From positions 66,891-130,890 of the forward strand of contig JACRIK010000018.1 in NCBI GenBank assembly GCA_016235865.1: a DNA stretch of 64,000 nt, written 5' to 3'. Within the stretch, counting starts at the first letter, position 1. Each line of letters starts with the position of its first letter. Position numbers and translations under genes: made by a program. The notes below the pieces were generated by a model, which worked only from the letters and a program-made list of their open reading frames with translations, had not been told where the DNA came from and did no database searches. Origin of the DNA: Planctomycetota bacterium. GTDB lineage: Bacteria > Planctomycetota > MHYJ01 > JACQXL01. Positions 58,694-64,000 of this stretch are shown here, piece after piece.

Positions 58694-58710
58694 ATCCTAA
58701 CGTCAATACA

Positions 58711-58739
58711 CCCACACACCAATGTATTGGTGTGCAGGG
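58711..58739. repeat. Short CCC(A)CACACC..GGTGTGCAGGG palindrome with TACA direct repeats
   Basis: TACA|...|TACA; similar palindrome at 37678-37705. Confidence 0.5.
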
Positions 58740-58844
58740 TACATTGGTGTGCGGGATAAAAGAGAATTGAAGACGGCGTTCCCCGAAATTCAAAAATCAA
58801 TTTGGCTTGACAAACCGTCATTTGTTATGTATGAGAACAATTGA

Positions 58845-60887
58845 ATGAAACGCCAGAAATTACTTGTAGTAACCCCGCCGAGGCGGGCGAATCTATCCGA
58901 TTATCTTAACCAAATCAAAGCAGCTCTGGACCAGCAGGACTATAACAAGGCAAAACGATTAGGTGGGATTGCATCAAAGAAACTTGCTTCTTTAGAGCAT
59001 TCTCCGCTTGAGGAATATTTATTATACAGCAGATTGGGACATTCTCATTATTTACTGGCGCAGTATTCTTTTGCTTTGGATGCTTTTTATAAAGCATTTC
59101 TGATAGCCCAAAAGAATTCTTTGCATCCGGCATACCAAAATTATATTTCAGCCCAAATGGGAGATATTCTTCGTTTAATTGGAAATATCAGCCAGGCATT
59201 ACGGCAGTTCGAAAAAGTAGGGCAGTACTACAAGCAGTATGGCGATGGTGTTTCGCCTATGAATAAGCAGTTGTATGGCGGCTATTTACTCAGCCTGGTG
59301 GGTTGTTATTTGCATCAAGGCAAACCCGATAAAGCAAAGAATATTATAACCATTAGTGAAGCAGATGATAGCTTATCACAAACCCAGATGTTTTTAATGG
59401 ATTATAATCACTTTAAAGGAGAGTATCTGATATTGGTGGAAGAATACAATGATTCCAGGGAAACGTTTCTAAAATGCATAGAAATATGTAAACAAAACAA
59501 CGACCAATGCGGTTGGTTACAAGCATCGATACACCTCGCCCAAATTGACCTTATAGAAGAAAAAATAAGTAACGCTATTAAATTATTGAACATAATTCTA
59601 AAATCTGCCCGGCAATTAAAACTTAATGACCTCATTTGTGAATCAGGACTTCTTTTGAGCAAGTGTTATTTGCTTAAAGGTCTGCCTGATAAAGCTATTG
59701 CTATGGAGCAACGGATTAAACCCATTCTCTCAAAATTAGATACGGCCTGGCTCTATGAAAAGACCCGTGAGTTTGAGAAACTCTATCGCCAGTTGTCCTC
59801 CACAGGCGGATCCCGCTTAGCGGGACAATCATCTCCAAAACCCCTGCCTGTCCCGGCTGCACCTGCGATTCTGGTCAAGACATTGAATCACCGCTACGAA
59901 ACTTCGCCGTATAAAGAGATGGTCATTGGCAGTTCCGAGTTAATGCGCGAGGTATTTCAGTTAATAGAGAAGATTGCGCCATCGGATTTGCCGATTCTAA
60001 TCCAGGGCGAAACCGGCACCGGCAAGGAACTGATTACCCGGGCGATTCACGCCAAGAGCCAACGGGCCGAAAAGGTCTTCCTAGCATTTAATTGCGGGGC
60101 GATACCGGAGTCGCTCATGGAAAGCGCGCTTTTCGGCCATACCAGAGGCGCCTTTACCGGCGCCACTGAAGACAAGAAGGGATATATTGAACTTGCCTCG
60201 GGCGGAACGCTTTTTATAGACGAGGTTGGTAATATGTCCGTTGGGATGCAGCAGAAACTCCTGCGCGTCCTGGAGGAGAATCTGGTCTGGCGTATCGGCG
60301 CGCAGAAACAGGTATCTGTTAACACTCGGTTCATCTTTGCCAGCAATCAGAATGTCGAGCAGTTAGTTCAGCGGAAACTTTTCCGCGAAGACTTGTTTTA
60401 TCGTATCAATACTATTGTGCTCAACCTACCGTCTTTGAAAGAACGCCAAGACGATATTCCGTTATTGATAGAACACTTCCTTAAGAAATATGCCACTGGA
60501 ATGCAGAATGTAGAATTGGGAGTGGGGAATGAAAAATTCCGCATTCCGGATTCCACACTCCGCATTCTGATGGACTATTCCTGGCCCGGCAATATCCGCG
60601 AACTGGAAAACGAAATTCAGAGAATCTGCGTCCTGCACCCTGAAGCAAAGATTATCACTGAGCTGATGCTTTCTGAATCAATTCGTACTTGTATGTCTAC
60701 ATCTCTATCTATAGCTAAGGATATATTGACTCTTAAAGAAATAGAACAAAATAGTATTGTGGAAGCGCTTAAAAGATGTAACGGTAATATGACTAAAACA
60801 GCCGGGCAACTTGGACTTACCCGGGCCGGTCTTTACAGAAAAATGAAACGGCTTGGAATAAAACCGTCCCTTGTTACCATATCGTAA
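58845..60887 (+). CDS. Sigma54-dependent enhancer-binding protein with N-terminal TPR domain
   Basis: GETGTGKE, GAFTGA, LFIDEV, FREDLFYR, WPGNIREL, Fis-type HTH. Confidence 0.93.
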   Translation: MKRQKLLVVTPPRRANLSDYLNQIKAALDQQDYNKAKRLGGIASKKLASLEHSPLEEYLLYSRLGHSHYLLAQYSFALDAFYKAFLIAQKNSLHPAYQNYISAQMGDILRLIGNISQALRQFEKVGQYYKQYGDGVSPMNKQLYGGYLLSLVGCYLHQGKPDKAKNIITISEADDSLSQTQMFLMDYNHFKGEYLILVEEYNDSRETFLKCIEICKQNNDQCGWLQASIHLAQIDLIEEKISNAIKLLNIILKSARQLKLNDLICESGLLLSKCYLLKGLPDKAIAMEQRIKPILSKLDTAWLYEKTREFEKLYRQLSSTGGSRLAGQSSPKPLPVPAAPAILVKTLNHRYETSPYKEMVIGSSELMREVFQLIEKIAPSDLPILIQGETGTGKELITRAIHAKSQRAEKVFLAFNCGAIPESLMESALFGHTRGAFTGATEDKKGYIELASGGTLFIDEVGNMSVGMQQKLLRVLEENLVWRIGAQKQVSVNTRFIFASNQNVEQLVQRKLFREDLFYRINTIVLNLPSLKERQDDIPLLIEHFLKKYATGMQNVELGVGNEKFRIPDSTLRILMDYSWPGNIRELENEIQRICVLHPEAKIITELMLSESIRTCMSTSLSIAKDILTLKEIEQNSIVEALKRCNGNMTKTAGQLGLTRAGLYRKMKRLGIKPSLVTIS

Positions 60888-60889
60888 CA
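60872..60889. promoter_or_regulatory. Candidate upstream activator site TGTTAC-N6-GTAACA
   Basis: Perfect dyad about 130 bp upstream of the -24 box. Confidence 0.45.
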
Positions 60890-61014
60890 TAGCGTATATT
60901 TTATATACACCATCTTAATAAATGGCAATTAGCATACGGCATACCTTTGTCGTAACCGCATTATTTATAATGTGTTAATACAAAATTAATCTCCCCGTAT
61001 TATTTTACTAAATC

Positions 61015-61030
61015 TGGCACGCTATTTGCT
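61015..61030 (+). promoter_or_regulatory. Sigma54 -24/-12 promoter
   Basis: TGGCACGCTATTTGCT, GG and GC 12 bp apart. Confidence 0.85.
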
Positions 61031-61131
61031 TATATAAGAGTAAACTGATTAAGCAGATACAGTGGAGTAAACAGATTTCCGTTAAATCAGTCATATTTGC
61101 TGAATTAGCTTACTAAATTTAGGATGTTTTT

Positions 61132-61332
61132 ATGAGTAAATTAGCCGCTATGCAAAGCAGATGCCCGCCTTTGAGTGAAAATGATGTCCTTAATCTCCGG
61201 GGCCAACCGGCATGCAAATCCAAACTATTGAAAGATGAGGAATGGGTCTATTATTCTTTACCTAACTATACCGAGGAGCATTATTTCTTCCGAAACGGAC
61301 GTTTGGTGAGATGGAAGGAGATAAGGATATGA
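61132..61332 (+). CDS. Small hypothetical protein (SmpA/DUF2845-like pattern)
   Basis: AGGA RBS; GQP...EEWVY...FRNGRL; stop overlaps next ATG (ATGA). Confidence 0.6.
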   Translation: MSKLAAMQSRCPPLSENDVLNLRGQPACKSKLLKDEEWVYYSLPNYTEEHYFFRNGRLVRWKEIRI

Positions 61333-64000
61333 CAAAAAAATGGATGGCGGCTCATCTCAGCAAAGGCGTAATAATTTTTATTACCTTAACCTTACTCCTG
61401 ATAACCACCAGTTGTTTTAACCGCAAGAAATCAGCCCCACAATCCGGCAGCAGCGCACTGCCCGACGCTTTCCAGACCATACTGCCGGCCGACGGTGCTA
61501 TCAATGTGGATGTCTTCTCCGCGCCAGTGCCGGTGGCTTGGAACGGCTCAAGCAATGCCACCAGTTATATCCTGGAAGTAGCCAAGGAAGACGATTTCGC
61601 GCCGGTTAATATGCTTTATTCTGCCACCTTAGGTCCAAATACTACCAATCACTCCGTGACCTACGGCTTGTTATCGGGCGGGGTTTGGTATTACTGGCGG
61701 GTCACGGCTGTCAATGCCAACGGCACGACAGTTTCATCGGATGCGCCATCGTGTTTCTATACCTCATCAGGCGGCATTATTCCCGGCGCATTCAACTTAG
61801 CCGCGCCCATTGATAATGATTCCGGGCTGGTCCTGACCCCTGAACTAGACTGGACCAATGCACCCAAGGAAAGCAAATACATCGTCTATCTGGATAACGA
61901 CTCCAATTTCTCCTCGCCGATTTATACGGACACGACCAGGCCCGGCGAACTGGGTATCCAGATCCCCATCGGGGCGGGGCTGACCGAGACCTCACGTTAT
62001 TATTGGAAGGTTGATGCAATTAACTACTTCGGAAACCGGCAATCATCAATTTATTCGTTCGTGACCGGCCCGATAAAGTATTACACTATCACGCCCACTG
62101 CCGCGACTATCACAGCCGGTCAGGGCGTGACGATGACCATCACGGCCTATAATTCTAATAATGAGATAGTTTCTTCACATATTCCATTTACGATGACGAT
62201 GAATTCCGGCACCGGACTTACCTACTATACTGATAATACCTTAAGCACGATAAACAGTACCGGCACATATGCAATGACTAATGGAACGGCAAGGGTTTAT
62301 CTAAAGATAACCGTAGCCGGATCGATTGCGATTACCGCCACAGACCGGGCCGGACGGACAAAGAGTTGTGATCCAATTACCGTCAATGCTGGACCTGTTA
62401 TCTTGGTAACCGTTTCCGGTCAATCATCCATCGCATCGGGAGTAGAGTCGTCTTCATATGCTGCGGCTTCCTATGATGCCTATAATAACACGGTTGCCGA
62501 TACTTATACCTGGTCAAAGGCCAACGGCACCGGTACAGCCACGCAAAACATAGATAAACTCACGGGTATTTTAGCCGGCACAGTTACTATTACAGCGACA
62601 TCCAATGCAGCGCCTACTATATCAATGGGTAAAACAGTTACCGTTGTTCAGGGGGGGGTCGCTACAATAACTGTTTCAGGCCCAGATCCGATTACCTCAG
62701 GTATACAATCTTCGTCATACACTGCGGTTTCCAGAGATTTTAATAACAATATTATCTCAGATACCTATATTTGGTCTAATTCAAATGGTACCGGCACTGC
62801 CACCCGTAGTGTGGATAAACTTACCGGCGTTCTGGCCGGAACCGTGACGATTACGGCCACTTCGGTCTCGGCACCAGCTAAATCAGGCGGCAAAATAGTT
62901 ACAGTAGCCTCCGGAGCTATTACCACAGTAACTGTTTCAGGCTCAGACCCGATAACCTCTGGGATCCAATCTTCCTCGTATACTGCAGTATCACGAGATG
63001 CAGCCGGTAACATAGTCGCGGACACCTTTGCTTGGAGTAAAGCCAACGGCACTGGCTCGGCCAACCTGGTTGCGGATAGATTGACCGGTGTAATATCCGG
63101 CACAGTCACCATCACCGCCACCTCGGTTGCTGCCCCAACTAAATCCGGCGGCAAAACGGTTACGGTTATCCCCGGCGCAGTTAACGCCGTCACCGTGGCC
63201 GGCCCTGATCCAATTACCTCTGCTGTGGAATCTTCATCATATACCGCGGTTTCTAGAGACATTAATAATAATATTGTCTCAGATGCTTATACCTGGTCAC
63301 ATTCGAACGGCACCGGTACCGCCACCCGTAATGTGGATAAGTTGACCGGTGTAATATCTGGCACAGTCACTATCACCGCCACATCAATGGCTGCTCCGAG
63401 TAAATCAGGCGGTAAGCTGGTTCAGATAGTCCCGGGCGTTGTTAACATGGTAACCGTGGCCGGCTCCGACCCGATTACATCCGGTATCCAATCGTTGTCG
63501 TACATTGCGGTCTCCAGGGACATCAATAATAACACGGTCTTAGATACCTATACTTGGACAAAAGCAGATGGGAGCGGTACGGCCAACCTTAGCGGAGATA
63601 AACTCACGGGTATCTTAGTCGGCACAGTTACCATCACCGCCACCTCAAACTCTGCTCCGGCTAAATCAGGCGGTAAAACAGTTACCGTTGTTCAGGGTAA
63701 TATAGCCACAGTAACTGTTTCAGGCTCAGACCCGATTACCTCCGGCATCCAATCATCGTCATACACCGCGGTTTCCCGGGACATCAATAATAACCTTGTT
63801 TCAGATACCTTCACCTGGAGTAAAGCCAACGGCACCGGCTCGGCCAATCTCAGTGTTGATAAGTTGACCGGGGTAATATCAGGCACAGTAACTATCACCG
63901 CCACCTCGGTGGTGGCGCCGGCTAAATCCGGAGGCAAGACTGTTACCGTAATCCCAGGCGCGATTGTCTCAATAACAGTATCCGGAAATGCTAACATTGT
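61329..64000 (+). CDS. Large surface lipoprotein with FN3-like and tandem Ig-like repeats (3'-truncated)
   Basis: Open frame from ATG 61329 to window end; signal ending ITTS-C; YYWRV/YYWKV FN3-like domains; 87-aa repeats. Confidence 0.88.
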   Translation, partial: MTKKWMAAHLSKGVIIFITLTLLLITTSCFNRKKSAPQSGSSALPDAFQTILPADGAINVDVFSAPVPVAWNGSSNATSYILEVAKEDDFAPVNMLYSATLGPNTTNHSVTYGLLSGGVWYYWRVTAVNANGTTVSSDAPSCFYTSSGGIIPGAFNLAAPIDNDSGLVLTPELDWTNAPKESKYIVYLDNDSNFSSPIYTDTTRPGELGIQIPIGAGLTETSRYYWKVDAINYFGNRQSSIYSFVTGPIKYYTITPTAATITAGQGVTMTITAYNSNNEIVSSHIPFTMTMNSGTGLTYYTDNTLSTINSTGTYAMTNGTARVYLKITVAGSIAITATDRAGRTKSCDPITVNAGPVILVTVSGQSSIASGVESSSYAAASYDAYNNTVADTYTWSKANGTGTATQNIDKLTGILAGTVTITATSNAAPTISMGKTVTVVQGGVATITVSGPDPITSGIQSSSYTAVSRDFNNNIISDTYIWSNSNGTGTATRSVDKLTGVLAGTVTITATSVSAPAKSGGKIVTVASGAITTVTVSGSDPITSGIQSSSYTAVSRDAAGNIVADTFAWSKANGTGSANLVADRLTGVISGTVTITATSVAAPTKSGGKTVTVIPGAVNAVTVAGPDPITSAVESSSYTAVSRDINNNIVSDAYTWSHSNGTGTATRNVDKLTGVISGTVTITATSMAAPSKSGGKLVQIVPGVVNMVTVAGSDPITSGIQSLSYIAVSRDINNNTVLDTYTWTKADGSGTANLSGDKLTGILVGTVTITATSNSAPAKSGGKTVTVVQGNIATVTVSGSDPITSGIQSSSYTAVSRDINNNLVSDTFTWSKANGTGSANLSVDKLTGVISGTVTITATSVVAPAKSGGKTVTVIPGAIVSITVSGNANI
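62406..63971 (+). repeat. Six 261-bp intragenic repeats (seventh begins at 63972)
   Basis: VTVSG.DPITSG..SSSYTAVSRD...NGTG.A...DKLTG...GTVTITATS recurring every 261 bp. Confidence 0.9.

Noticed and set aside
62765..63997. Minus-strand ORFs
   Set aside because: Shadows of the Ig-repeat gene on the plus strand

Overview
Chromosomal window from an anaerobic diderm bacterium. Planctomycetota is inferred from the DLG-type Ser/Thr kinase, DUF4388, HEAT-repeat and ECF/FecR proteins. Positions 1-7744 hold a hdrA-mvhD-merR-orf-mvhGA-protease-hdrCB operon ([NiFe] group 3c hydrogenase/heterodisulfide reductase). It unexpectedly ends in a zinc-finger-less mini-HypA translationally coupled to the [FeFe]-hydrogenase maturase HydG. 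The rest encodes amino-acid/acyl-CoA catabolism (ArcE-like enzyme, orphan BzdQ/BzdM, Thr dehydrogenase, methylmalonyl-CoA mutase/epimerase, hutH/hutU), housekeeping genes (thrS-infC-rpmI, nrdR, truA, queE), pilB/pilT and ECF modules. A sigma54 activator precedes a giant Ig-repeat lipoprotein that runs off the window. The intergenic DNA is unusually structured: (i) about 10 copies of a covarying TAA-N6-GTAA...TAAC-N6'-TAA element, one sitting at the junction of a gene 3'-end replacement scar; (ii) two related, indel-free 22-bp tandem arrays; (iii) CCCC...GGGG MITE-like elements with 4-bp TNNA duplications; (iv) a long structured porin leader. No CRISPR, tRNA, rRNA or transposase was seen. All product calls come from motif recognition, not database searches.
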